NCBI GenBank assembly: GCA_028693815.1
Contig: JAQUUP010000007.1
Location: 4,921 to 68,920, forward strand
Length of the DNA stretch: 64,000 nucleotides
Direction: 5' to 3'
From: Candidatus Omnitrophota bacterium
Lineage (GTDB): Bacteria > Omnitrophota > Gorgyraeia > Zapsychrales > Aceulaceae
Positions within the stretch are counted from its first letter, which is position 1, and the number at the start of each line of letters is the position of its first letter. The position numbers and the translations under genes were made by a program. The notes under the pieces are model-generated. The model saw nothing but the letters and a program-made list of their open reading frames with translations. It was not told the origin of the DNA and made no database searches. Below are positions 38,586 through 48,110 of this stretch, piece by piece.

Positions 38586-39878
38586 ATGAGCAATAAAGAA
38601 ATTTCAATTCCACGCGGAACCGCTGATATTTTTGGTGACGAAGTCTTGCAATGGTCTTTGATTGAACAAAAGGCTCGGGAAATTCTACAAAACTATAATT
38701 ACAAAGAAATTCGCACCCCAATGTTCGAAGAAGTTGATTTATTCGCTCGCTCAATGGGAAAGACTAGCGATGTGGTTCAAAAGCAAATGCTTACGCTTGA
38801 AAGAAATACGCGTGAAGGTGAAATGGGTGAGTCTCAAAGTACGTTTGCTCTAAGGCCAGAAGGCACTGCTTCAGTTGTGCGGTCATATATTGAAAACAGT
38901 ATTGATCGAAAAGAACCGCTGACAAAGTTATTTTATATTGGTTCGATGTTTCGTGGTGAACGCCCACAAAAAGGGCGCTTGCGTCAGTTTAATCAAATTG
39001 GCGTTGAGGCTATTGGTCCAGATAGCCAGAACGCTTATTTAGACGCAGAAGTGATTTCTCTTGCGATGAATTTGCTTGCGAGCTTTGGCGTTAAAGACGC
39101 GACTTTGAAAATTAATAGTCTTGGAACGCCTGAAGACAAAGAAAAATTTGCTCAAGCATTAAGAGAACAGCTAAAAGATAAGAAATCTTCTTTATGTGAA
39201 AATTGTCAACAACGTTTTGATCGTAATATTTTTCGTGTTTTAGATTGTAAAAATAGAGATTGCAAAAAAGAAATAGAAGCTCTTGAAATTAAGAGTAGCT
39301 ATTTATCCAAAGAAAGCCAAGAGTATTATAATGATGTTAAAAAAGCTTTAGCCGGGATTGGTGTCGCGTATCAGGAAACACCTGATTTGGTGCGGGGACT
39401 TGATTATTATACAGGAGTTGTTTTTGAGATTACAAGTCAGTCTCTTGGAAGTCAGGATGCGCTTGGTGCAGGTGGGCGATATAACGGGCTAGTCGAGCAG
39501 CTTGGTGGAACTAAGGGCGTTGATGCGGTTGGATTTTCGCTTGGGATTGAAAGAATTTTGCTTGCGATCAATGAAACCGCGCAACAAGAGATAAGCACCG
39601 ATGTCTGTCTTGTTGCTTTAGATGAAAATGCGTTTGAAAAAGCTTTTAGCATTTTAAATGAGTTAAGGGCCAGCGGAGTCAAAAGCGACATTGTGTATCG
39701 AGCAGCTTCTGTTAAGGCTCAAATGAGAACTGCCAACAAGACAGGGGCCAAATATGTTTTGATTCTTGGTCAAGATGAAATTAGTAAAGGAATCATTACT
39801 CTTAAAAATATGCAAATTGGTGAGCAAGAAGAAATTCAGATTAGCAAAATTGTTGAATTTATAAAATCGATTTTATAG
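38586..39878 (+). CDS. hisS: histidine--tRNA ligase
   Basis: Class II aaRS motifs (FRGERPQKGRLRQF; GGGRYNGL) and a C-terminal anticodon-binding domain. Confidence 0.92.
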   Translation: MSNKEISIPRGTADIFGDEVLQWSLIEQKAREILQNYNYKEIRTPMFEEVDLFARSMGKTSDVVQKQMLTLERNTREGEMGESQSTFALRPEGTASVVRSYIENSIDRKEPLTKLFYIGSMFRGERPQKGRLRQFNQIGVEAIGPDSQNAYLDAEVISLAMNLLASFGVKDATLKINSLGTPEDKEKFAQALREQLKDKKSSLCENCQQRFDRNIFRVLDCKNRDCKKEIEALEIKSSYLSKESQEYYNDVKKALAGIGVAYQETPDLVRGLDYYTGVVFEITSQSLGSQDALGAGGRYNGLVEQLGGTKGVDAVGFSLGIERILLAINETAQQEISTDVCLVALDENAFEKAFSILNELRASGVKSDIVYRAASVKAQMRTANKTGAKYVLILGQDEISKGIITLKNMQIGEQEEIQISKIVEFIKSIL

Positions 39879-39896
39879 AAAGATTAATTTAAAATA

Positions 39897-39993
39897 GAGG
39901 ATACTCCACGTCGCCACAGAAGGCTCCTGGAGTAAGTTCAACTGACCAGCTTACGTTCCTCGCGAAGCTCGTCCATAAACTGGAGTTTCATTT
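39897..39993. repeat. structured intergenic repeat, copy B (abuts aspS start codon)
   Basis: GAGGATACTCCACGTCGCC...GGCTCCTGGAGTAAGTTCAACT, then hairpin AGCTT...AAGCT, then ACTGGAGTTTCATTT | ATG. Confidence 0.7.
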
Positions 39994-41373
39994 ATGTTAA
40001 GAACACACACGTGCGGCGAATTAAATAAAACGCACAAAGATCAAGAGGTTACGCTTTGCGGCTGGGTGCATCGAAGACGTGATCATGGAAAACTTATTTT
40101 TATTGATGTTCGAGATCGTTACGGTTTTACGCAGGTTGTTTTTGTTCCATCGGTTAGCAAAGATGCTCATGAAAAAGCACAACAGCTTGGCCCAGAGTTT
40201 GTTGTTAAAATTACAGGCACAGTTAATGTTCGTCCAGAAAAGAATGTTAATGCAGATATCCCAACAGGGACGATTGAGCTTTGTGCGACTGGTCTTGAGA
40301 TTTTAAACGCATCAGAGGTGCCTGTTTTTGAAATTGATGATGAGGGCGATGTTTCAGAAGAATTACGTCTTGCTTATCGTTATCTGGATTTAAGGCGCCA
40401 AAAACTTCAGACGTCTTTAAGTTTGCGTCACAAGCTTTGCTCGACGATTCGAAATTTTCTAGATAATGAAAGCTTTATTGAGATTGAAACGCCTGTTTTG
40501 ACTAAGTCCACGCCTGAGGGAGCAAGGGATTTCTTAGTACCTTCTCGATTAAATCCAGGTGAGTTTTTTGCATTGCCGCAGTCACCGCAGTTGTTTAAGC
40601 AAATCTTGATGGTTTCTGGAATGGATAAATATTATCAGATCGTCAAATGTTTTCGCGATGAAGATCTTCGAGCTGATCGCCAGCCGGAATTTACTCAGTT
40701 GGATATGGAGATGTCTTTTGTTGAACAAGATGATATTTTTGATTTGACGGAAAGAATGTTTAAAAAAGTTTTTAAAGAAGTTAAAGGGATTGATATCCCG
40801 ACACCTTTTCCTCGAATGACACATGCCGAGGCGATGGAAAAATACAAAAGCGATAAGCCAGACATAAGAAAAGAGGGTCAAGAATTTGCATTTCTTTGGG
40901 TTGTTGATTTCCCATTATTTAAGTATAATGATCAAGACAAGCGTTGGGAAAGCGAGCATCATCCGTTTACGTCATTTTATGAAGAAGACGAAAAACTTTT
41001 AGATGGAAAAGATTTAAACAAGATTCGCTCACGCTCGTATGACCTTGTTTTAAACGGAAATGAGATTGGAAGCGGATCTGTTCGTATTCATAAACAAGAT
41101 GTACAAAAAAAGATATTTGATATAATAGGGTTTGATGAGCAAGAAGCTGAAAAGCGTTTTGGGTTTTTGTTGAAAGCGTTTAAATATGGAGCGCCGCCAC
41201 ATGCGGGCGTTGCTTATGGGATTGATCGGCTGGTTGCACTTTTAACGGGTCTAGATTCAATTCGAGATACTATTGCTTTTCCAAAGACACAAAAAGGAAA
41301 TTGCCTTTTGACAGATGCGCCGACACCTATTGATACAAAACAGCTTAAAGATTTAGGATTAAAGGAATTATAA
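39994..41373 (+). CDS. aspS: aspartate--tRNA ligase, short archaeal/eukaryal-type (no GAD insertion)
   Basis: 459 aa; N-terminal OB fold, class II motifs (FRDEDLRADRQPEFTQLD; GAPPHAG), no bacterial insertion domain. Confidence 0.88.
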   Translation: MLRTHTCGELNKTHKDQEVTLCGWVHRRRDHGKLIFIDVRDRYGFTQVVFVPSVSKDAHEKAQQLGPEFVVKITGTVNVRPEKNVNADIPTGTIELCATGLEILNASEVPVFEIDDEGDVSEELRLAYRYLDLRRQKLQTSLSLRHKLCSTIRNFLDNESFIEIETPVLTKSTPEGARDFLVPSRLNPGEFFALPQSPQLFKQILMVSGMDKYYQIVKCFRDEDLRADRQPEFTQLDMEMSFVEQDDIFDLTERMFKKVFKEVKGIDIPTPFPRMTHAEAMEKYKSDKPDIRKEGQEFAFLWVVDFPLFKYNDQDKRWESEHHPFTSFYEEDEKLLDGKDLNKIRSRSYDLVLNGNEIGSGSVRIHKQDVQKKIFDIIGFDEQEAEKRFGFLLKAFKYGAPPHAGVAYGIDRLVALLTGLDSIRDTIAFPKTQKGNCLLTDAPTPIDTKQLKDLGLKEL

Positions 41374-41395
41374 TTTAGGAGTCCTTGATTTGTCC

Positions 41396-41609
41396 CTTTA
41401 GGGCGCGGGATTCGCAGGATAATCTAAGATAAAATTGGTAGTTTCGAAAATAAAGTTTTCGGAATAAATTCGCACAGATTTTTTGCGAGACAATATTTAT
41501 TAATTTCATTAACCCCGCTTGAGCGGGGTAAATTCGCAGACGGCCTTTGGCCTATGATTTATGTCACAAATGTGACATAAATCATCTGCTCATTTAAAGG
41601 AGGAGAAAG
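41396..41609. repeat. structured intergenic repeat region, copy F
   Basis: GGAATAAATTCGCACAG..., 7-bp hairpin ACCCCGC-ttga-GCGGGGT followed by TAAATTCGCAG, GGCCtttGGCC, a 12-bp perfect palindrome GATTTATGTCAC-aaa-GTGACATAAATC (41556-41583), then CTCATTTAAAGGAGG. Confidence 0.6.
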
Positions 41610-42146
41610 ATGGCTAGAAAAATGATTGGAATTATTGGTGTTATTTTGTTGGCATTTGTTGCTACAAGTTGTACTGTTCGAAGTTACGTTCAGGAGAGAA
41701 ATCGTGTTGACCAAGAAATGCCCGGAAACGCTGGGTGTCTTCAAGGGTCATGTCAGCCTGTTGATCGAAGTAATATTCGGAAAACAAGAAAAACTTATGT
41801 TTTAGAGTTTACTAAAAATCCAAAGAATGTCGAAACTCAAGATAATATGTCCGAAGATATTTATTCGGAGACTTATGTTGAAGACGACAGCGATTCGTAC
41901 ACAAAATCTTCATATAAAAAATCAGAATCTGTTGTGATTTATAATAATGAAGAGCCGGTGGCAAAGGAAGAAACTGTTTATGTCGATTATGTTGTTCAAG
42001 AAGGTGATACGTTGCAGAAGATTTCAAAGAAATCTTATGATACATATAAGCGATGGTATGAGATTTATGAGATTAATAAAGATGTGCTTCCTAATCCGGA
42101 TCGCATTAAACCAGGTAAAGTGATTAAAATACCACAACCGAAATAA
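41610..42146 (+). CDS. LysM-domain lipoprotein
   Basis: Lipobox ATSC; C-terminal LysM (YVVQEGDTLQKISKK...IKPGKVIKIP). Confidence 0.7.
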   Translation: MARKMIGIIGVILLAFVATSCTVRSYVQERNRVDQEMPGNAGCLQGSCQPVDRSNIRKTRKTYVLEFTKNPKNVETQDNMSEDIYSETYVEDDSDSYTKSSYKKSESVVIYNNEEPVAKEETVYVDYVVQEGDTLQKISKKSYDTYKRWYEIYEINKDVLPNPDRIKPGKVIKIPQPK

Positions 42147-42162
42147 CGGCGCAAAATATCTT

Positions 42163-43116
42163 ATGGAAAAAAATATCGAACTTAATAACAATCAGGACCT
42201 TCAGCTGCTTTTCGGAAAATATGATCAGAATTTAAAATTGATTGAGAAAGAGCTAGGCGTTCAGATCGTTCGAACAGAAAGCGGTTTAAAAGTAGTAGGA
42301 GAAGAATATAAGATCGACCGTGTTAGCGGGCTCTTGGATTATCTTTTAGATTTTGTGAAGAAGGGCCAAGATGTTAAGCGTTACGACATTGTTTATGCTT
42401 TAAAGCTCTCTGGGTCTGATGAAGGTGTTGATTTTAAGCGTTTATCTAAACGTAAAATTCCTGTTGCTGCTAAAAAAGGGGCAGTTGTTACCCCTAAAAC
42501 AAAAGGTCAAGTAGAGTATGTTGAAACGATTAAGTTTCATGATATTGTGTTTGGCGTTGGTCCTGCAGGAACTGGAAAAACATATTTGGCTGTGGCTATG
42601 GCAGTCAATGCTCTCAAAAAAGGATTGGTTCGTCGAATTATTTTAACGCGACCAGCGGTTGAGGCCGGTGAGAGCCTTGGTTTTTTGCCAGGGGATATGG
42701 TCGAGAAAGTTTCACCTTATGTCCGGCCTTTATACGATGCGCTTTATGATATGCTTGAATCTGAGCGAGTTGATGAATATGTTGAAAAAGGAACCATTGA
42801 AATTGCTCCTTTAGCGTACATGAGAGGACGCACACTTAATGATGCCTTTGTTATTTTAGATGAAGCGCAAAATTGCACGTCTGATCAGATGAAAATGTTT
42901 TTAACCAGGCTTGGGTTTGATTCTAAGGCTGTTATTACAGGTGATATCACGCAAAGCGACTTGCCGTCGAGTGAAGAGCCAGGGCTAGTATCCGCGGAAA
43001 GAATTTTGAAAGATGTTGAAGGAATTAGATTTGTTCATCTTACAGGAGAGGATGTTGTTCGACACGAGCTCGTTCAGCGTATTATAGAGGCATATGAAAG
43101 ATCGAATTCTAAATAA
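42163..43116 (+). CDS. phoH: PhoH-family ATPase
   Basis: GPAGTGKTYLAVAMAV Walker A, DEAQN, and a PhoH C-terminus. Confidence 0.9.
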   Translation: MEKNIELNNNQDLQLLFGKYDQNLKLIEKELGVQIVRTESGLKVVGEEYKIDRVSGLLDYLLDFVKKGQDVKRYDIVYALKLSGSDEGVDFKRLSKRKIPVAAKKGAVVTPKTKGQVEYVETIKFHDIVFGVGPAGTGKTYLAVAMAVNALKKGLVRRIILTRPAVEAGESLGFLPGDMVEKVSPYVRPLYDALYDMLESERVDEYVEKGTIEIAPLAYMRGRTLNDAFVILDEAQNCTSDQMKMFLTRLGFDSKAVITGDITQSDLPSSEEPGLVSAERILKDVEGIRFVHLTGEDVVRHELVQRIIEAYERSNSK

Positions 43117-44497
43117 TCTAAATTTGCTACAAGCGGTGATCGCGATTGTTTTAATGTTGGCATTAGGATTTTTTTGCTATGTTGTCAATTTTTCGCTATC
43201 TATTCCTCTTTTGATTCTGCTTTTAGGGCTATATCTAAAGGGATACAAGAACATTGATACAAAATTGTTTTTGCATTTCGGTTTTCTTTTAGCATTGATT
43301 GTTTTTGTTACGCACGCCCTTTTGACTTATACGACAATTTCCGCACTTTATGTTCCGGTTGCGGCGGTGGCAATGATTGTGATGCTTTTGTACAATGATT
43401 TGCAGCTTGCTTTTGTTATGTCATTTGCGTCAAGTATTTTGGTTGGGTTGGTTGCTGGTAATCGATTGGACTTAACGATTGTTTATTTTTGTGGAAGTTT
43501 AATGGGTGCTTTTTGTGTACGCGATTCAAGGACACGTTCTGAGCTTTTAAACGCTGCGTTCTTTGTTGGGATTTTGCAGGTTTTATGTATCGTGCTTTTA
43601 AATCCTTCTAAAGAGTTTTTGTTTTCTAGAGAGTTTGTCCTTGTTTATTTGCGTGCTTTGTTTTTTAATGGTTTTATTTCTGCAGCGGTTGTTCTGGTAA
43701 CATTAAAAATATTTGAAAATCTTTTTGGAGTTATGACCAATTTTAGCCTTTTGGAGCTATCTGATTTTAATCATCCTTTGTTAAGATTGATGATTTTAGA
43801 ATCTCCGGGGACATATCATCATAGTTTATTTGTTAGCAATTTATCCGAAACAGCGGCTGATGCGATTGGTGCTAATTCTCTTCTGGCGCGTGTGGGTGGA
43901 TATTATCATGATATAGGAAAACTTGAGAAACCTCAATATTTCACTGAGAATCAGATTTTTGAGGGTAATCGACACGACAAGCTTGAGCCATCAATGAGTC
44001 GGCTTGTTATTCTGAATCATGTTAAAGATGGAATGGAGCTCGCTAAGAAATACAAACTAAATCCGATTATTTCTGATTTTATTCTTCAGCATCATGGTAC
44101 AAGTGTGATGCATTATTTTTATCAACGTGCAATTTCTGAGGTATCAGATGGGCAAACAGTTGACGAACAAACATTTCGATATCCTGGCCCAAAGCCACAA
44201 ACGCGAGAGACGGCCATTGTTCTTTTAGCGGATTCCGTTGAGGGTGCCTGTCGATCTCTTGATGAGCCGACACCAACACGCATTGATGATACAGTGCGAA
44301 AAGTGGTCAACAATAAATTTATTGATGGACAACTCGACGAGTGTAATCTTACGCTTAAAGATCTTGATCGAATTAGTGCTACATTTTCTCGCGTATTAAG
44401 TGCGATGTATCATAGTCGAATCAAATATCCAGAAAAAACAGATGGCTATACAGCTAACCGTAAAAAATCTACAGAAGAAAATTCCAATAAATCTTAA
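43094..44497 (+). CDS. 7TM receptor with intracellular HD hydrolase (7TMR-HD / YqfF-like)
   Basis: 7 N-terminal TM helices, then an HD domain (YYHDIGK); conserved phoH-HD-ybeY order. Confidence 0.8.
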   Translation: MKDRILNNLNLLQAVIAIVLMLALGFFCYVVNFSLSIPLLILLLGLYLKGYKNIDTKLFLHFGFLLALIVFVTHALLTYTTISALYVPVAAVAMIVMLLYNDLQLAFVMSFASSILVGLVAGNRLDLTIVYFCGSLMGAFCVRDSRTRSELLNAAFFVGILQVLCIVLLNPSKEFLFSREFVLVYLRALFFNGFISAAVVLVTLKIFENLFGVMTNFSLLELSDFNHPLLRLMILESPGTYHHSLFVSNLSETAADAIGANSLLARVGGYYHDIGKLEKPQYFTENQIFEGNRHDKLEPSMSRLVILNHVKDGMELAKKYKLNPIISDFILQHHGTSVMHYFYQRAISEVSDGQTVDEQTFRYPGPKPQTRETAIVLLADSVEGACRSLDEPTPTRIDDTVRKVVNNKFIDGQLDECNLTLKDLDRISATFSRVLSAMYHSRIKYPEKTDGYTANRKKSTEENSNKS

Positions 44498-44882
44498 TCT
44501 CATTAAGCAAAAGATTGTCAGCATTCTTTGTTCTGAGAATGTTTTGGATGCTGATCTCTCTGTCGTGTTCTTGACAGACCAGCGGATTCGAACGCTTAAT
44601 AAGAAATATCTTAACCATGATTATGCAACGGATGTGTTGTCATTTGATTTATTATCCCATCAGAAAATAAGTAAGAATAAATATCTTGAAGGTGAGATTT
44701 TTGTATCGGCTGAGACTGCATATCGAAATGCGAAGATATATGGCTCGACTGCTTCACAAGAACTCATGCTTTATGTGGTTCATGGAATTTTGCATTTATT
44801 AGGATATAACGATAAAACCGTGCTAGATATAAAGAAGATGCGCGCAAAAGAACAACAAATATTTAATTTTCTTAAGAAATGA
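44442..44882 (+). CDS. ybeY: rRNA maturation RNase YbeY
   Basis: HGILHLLGYNDKT zinc-binding motif. Start trimmed to the Met of MAIQLTVKNLQ; the longer frame overlaps the HD gene. Confidence 0.85.
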   Translation: MAIQLTVKNLQKKIPINLNLIKQKIVSILCSENVLDADLSVVFLTDQRIRTLNKKYLNHDYATDVLSFDLLSHQKISKNKYLEGEIFVSAETAYRNAKIYGSTASQELMLYVVHGILHLLGYNDKTVLDIKKMRAKEQQIFNFLKK

Positions 44883-45613
44883 TTCTTCAAGCTGAAGGTA
44901 TTGTTTTAAAGACTTTTGATTTTCGAGAGACGAGCCGTATCGCAACATTTTTTACAAAAGAATACGGCAAGGTCAAAGGGGTTTTAAAAGGAATCCGAAA
45001 AGATCACAAAAAATTTGGAAGTAACATTGACCAGTTCTCGGTCAATGACATTGTTTATTACACTCACCGTAATTCTGATTTACATCTTATTAGCCAGTGT
45101 GATTTAAAAGCGTTTTTCTTTCCGATTCGACAAGATATGAAAAGAACTTTGGCGGCAAGTTATTCGTTAGAATTGGTAGATTCTATCATGCCGGTTGAAG
45201 AGCCAAACAAAGATATTTATAGGCTTTTATTGTATTATTTAAATACACTGGAACATACCGATGATATTAATAAGTTGGTGCATATATTTCAAATTAAGAT
45301 TTTATTGCTCTCTGGGTTTCGTCCATTTTTAGATTCGTGCGTGGTTTGCCAGAACAAAATAACGCCTCGTATGCGTTTTAGCATGAAATTGGGAGGTTTG
45401 ATTTGTGAAGACTGTCGATCCAATGATCATTCGGCCAATATGGTTTCAAGAGGGACTATTGCTTCGCTAGTGCATATTGAAAAAAGTAGCTGGGAGAAAG
45501 CTTTGCGATTGAATCTTTCGGTGATGACGGAGAAAGAATTAAAATATATTCTTAATAATTTTCTTATATTTCATCTCGAGCGTCACATCAAAGCGACAAA
45601 GTATTTAAAATAA
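44879..45613 (+). CDS. recO: DNA repair protein RecO
   Basis: Begins ILQAEGIVLKTFDFRETSRI; OB fold plus C-terminal Cys4 zinc finger (CVVCQN...CEDC). Confidence 0.85.
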   Translation: MILQAEGIVLKTFDFRETSRIATFFTKEYGKVKGVLKGIRKDHKKFGSNIDQFSVNDIVYYTHRNSDLHLISQCDLKAFFFPIRQDMKRTLAASYSLELVDSIMPVEEPNKDIYRLLLYYLNTLEHTDDINKLVHIFQIKILLLSGFRPFLDSCVVCQNKITPRMRFSMKLGGLICEDCRSNDHSANMVSRGTIASLVHIEKSSWEKALRLNLSVMTEKELKYILNNFLIFHLERHIKATKYLK

Positions 45614-45695
45614 GGACATGACTTAGAGAGCTTTTGCGAATCTAAGTCATAAGTCCGAATTTATTCCGAGCGCAAGCGAGGAATCGCAAAAGGTG
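45614..45695. repeat. inverted-repeat element between convergent recO and helicase genes, copy G (likely bidirectional terminator / repeat relative)
   Basis: GACTTAGA-gagcttttgcgaa-TCTAAGTC and CGAATTTATTCCG (reverse complement of the CGGAATAAATTCG motif seen in copy F). Confidence 0.45.
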
Positions 45696-47876
45696 CTAGA
45701 ATTTAGAGCGATTGAGCTGAGAAAGGATTTCTTTGGCAAGTGTTTTGCCGATTTGATCGACGCTGGAAAGATCATCAAGAGAAACAAATTTTAGCTCAGA
45801 AAGTCTCTTGTGTCCTTTTTCAAAAAGATTGCGCGCACGAACGCGCCCCACGCCTTTAAGCGAGACAAGCTCTAGAAGTTCTTCCCGAATACCATAACGA
45901 ACGCGATTTCTTAAATCTTCGGTTTCAAAGGTGAGGCGTTTGAATTTAAAAAGTTCTGCAATCACACTGGCTGCGTGAAAAATCCACCGAACACTTTCGG
46001 TATGACGATGAATATCCCCAGGACCCATGTTAAATTTTTCACAAATATTTTCTTCTTTTTCTTCATCAATCCAGCAAGACAAAAACCATGCTGTTTTAAG
46101 TGTTGTCATATAAAAAAACATGTCGTCAAGCTCGGCAACATCGTTTCGTGTCATAACAAAATCTTCTCGATATTCGGCTGCAAAATTTTCAAGATCATCA
46201 TAGATCGACTTTGCAAGGTTGACTGTTCGTTCAGTGTCAGGGCAACAACAAATGAGATGTAAAAGCCCGACAACGGTGAGAGGGGCTTTGTTTTCATGAA
46301 TTTTCTTAAGCCCATTGCGAAGGATAATGCCTGTAATTGGATCAATATAGAGTCGGCTAACGCAATGGCCAAAGGCGGTTGCAAAATAACGAAAACCACT
46401 TTTTTCAACTAATTGTTCTTCTTCTAGAAATTCAAAAATTTCACTGATCATTTCAATCAGATGAGAAGTTTGTCTTTGGTGTGCCAAAAACGTGTGAGAG
46501 ATAAATTCAAACATTTCATTGATGTCATGGACGTGTCCGGCTGAAATTGCTGCCAAGACGTGCATGCGAAGCGCAGATTCATTTCCTAGCTTTGAGATGA
46601 CTGGCTCAGGGTCAGCATTAATATAGCGATCAAATAACAGTTGAGACTCAGAGAGCGACTTGGCGATAATAACAGCCTCGCCATATTCATCATACCCAGG
46701 TCGTCCAGCACGCCCAGCGCATTGTTTGTATTCGCTAGCTGGAATGTATGCGGCTCCGACGCCTGCTTGATAGCGCTTGGTATCGCGCAAGATTGTCCGT
46801 CGCGCAGGAAGATTAACGCCCGCGGCTAATGTTGGTGTTGAGCAAATGATTTTGATAATGTTTTGCTTAAAACTGTCCTCAATTAATTTTCGTTGGTGAG
46901 GCCTAAGACCTGCGTGATGAAATGCTACGCCATGCTCAACAACATTAGCTAGTTTTCTACAGATTTTTGTTGATTCGCCAGAGCCTGACAAGACATTTCT
47001 GGCGATGGATTTTAGTTTCTTTTTTTCTTCTGGGCTTAAGATACTGTCAACGGCTTTGCATAAAGATAAGCTTGAAGCTTGTGCAGAACGCCGGCTATTG
47101 ACGAAAACAAGAATTTGACCTTTTGAGCGAAGAGTGTCGAGTGCAAGTTTGCTTAAATCGTCAGGCAGCTCTTCTTTAACAAGACGCCGGCCTGCGTTTT
47201 TAAATGTAATTTGTTCGCCAAAATAAACGCCTTCTCTTAACGGCACAGGTCGCCATGTGCTTTGGACGAATTTAGCACCCAGCCAAAGGGCAATTTCATC
47301 AGCATTTTTTACCGTTGCGCTTAATGCTAAGATTTGTGAATTCGGATTAAGTTGCTTGATGCGTGCTGTTAAGATTTCTAAAGTTGGACCACGAGACTCA
47401 TCGTTGATAAAATGAATTTCGTCTAAAACCACAACCGATAATTCATCAATCAGCCATTTGGCTCGAGAACGTAACAGTGAGTCGACTTTTTCAGCTGTTG
47501 CAATGATAATTTGATATTGATTAAGACGCTTGCTCGGACTATCAAGGTCACCGATGGCAATGCCAACTTTAATCCCAAGTGGGCTGTATTTTTTCTTGAA
47601 TTCTTCGTATTTTTCACTGGCCAATGCTTTTAAAGGGGCAATATAGAGGCAGCGGCCATTTGTTTGGATGATGGCTTTGATCATGCACAGTTCTGCAATC
47701 AACGTTTTTCCAGCGGCTGTTGGGATTGCCAAAAGAAGATTTTCTCCGTCTAGAGCACCTTTTTCTATTGCTTCGGCTTGCGGAGGGTAGAACTCTTTTA
47801 TTTGGCCGTTTAAAGTTGCAGCTTGAATAAATTCTTCTGGAAGCTTATAAGTTTTAAGAGTTTTTCGAATGTCCAT
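45696..47876 (-). CDS. Hel308/Ski2-like superfamily-2 DNA helicase
   Basis: 726 aa; N-terminus YPPQAEAIEKGALDGENLLLAIPTAAGKT, DEIH box, winged-helix/ratchet, and C-terminal helix-hairpin-helix (GVGRVRARNL). Confidence 0.85.
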   Translation of the reverse strand: MDIRKTLKTYKLPEEFIQAATLNGQIKEFYPPQAEAIEKGALDGENLLLAIPTAAGKTLIAELCMIKAIIQTNGRCLYIAPLKALASEKYEEFKKKYSPLGIKVGIAIGDLDSPSKRLNQYQIIIATAEKVDSLLRSRAKWLIDELSVVVLDEIHFINDESRGPTLEILTARIKQLNPNSQILALSATVKNADEIALWLGAKFVQSTWRPVPLREGVYFGEQITFKNAGRRLVKEELPDDLSKLALDTLRSKGQILVFVNSRRSAQASSLSLCKAVDSILSPEEKKKLKSIARNVLSGSGESTKICRKLANVVEHGVAFHHAGLRPHQRKLIEDSFKQNIIKIICSTPTLAAGVNLPARRTILRDTKRYQAGVGAAYIPASEYKQCAGRAGRPGYDEYGEAVIIAKSLSESQLLFDRYINADPEPVISKLGNESALRMHVLAAISAGHVHDINEMFEFISHTFLAHQRQTSHLIEMISEIFEFLEEEQLVEKSGFRYFATAFGHCVSRLYIDPITGIILRNGLKKIHENKAPLTVVGLLHLICCCPDTERTVNLAKSIYDDLENFAAEYREDFVMTRNDVAELDDMFFYMTTLKTAWFLSCWIDEEKEENICEKFNMGPGDIHRHTESVRWIFHAASVIAELFKFKRLTFETEDLRNRVRYGIREELLELVSLKGVGRVRARNLFEKGHKRLSELKFVSLDDLSSVDQIGKTLAKEILSQLNRSKF

Positions 47877-48110
47877 AGTTTTTTAAGCGTTTCAATGTAA
47901 AAATAATGACTAGTTCTAACACAAATGGGTAGTTGTGTCAAACTTCAAGGGTCTCCTTAATAATAGTGAAAACGGCTTTTGTATCGTGCACGTAAAAGTT
48001 AGGAAACTAATATTTAGATAGATATTTATTAGGATTCTTATTATAATTCAAGATAATTATAAATTTTTGATCTTTTGTTTTTTGGCCCCCGTCAGTTTCT
48101 GTGATCATGA

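Noticed and set aside
39897-39993. T-box leader or riboswitch upstream of aspS
   Set aside because: No T-box consensus (AATTAGGGTGGTACCGCG-like) or specifier-loop architecture. The same element occurs upstream of unrelated genes, so it is treated as a repeat family instead.
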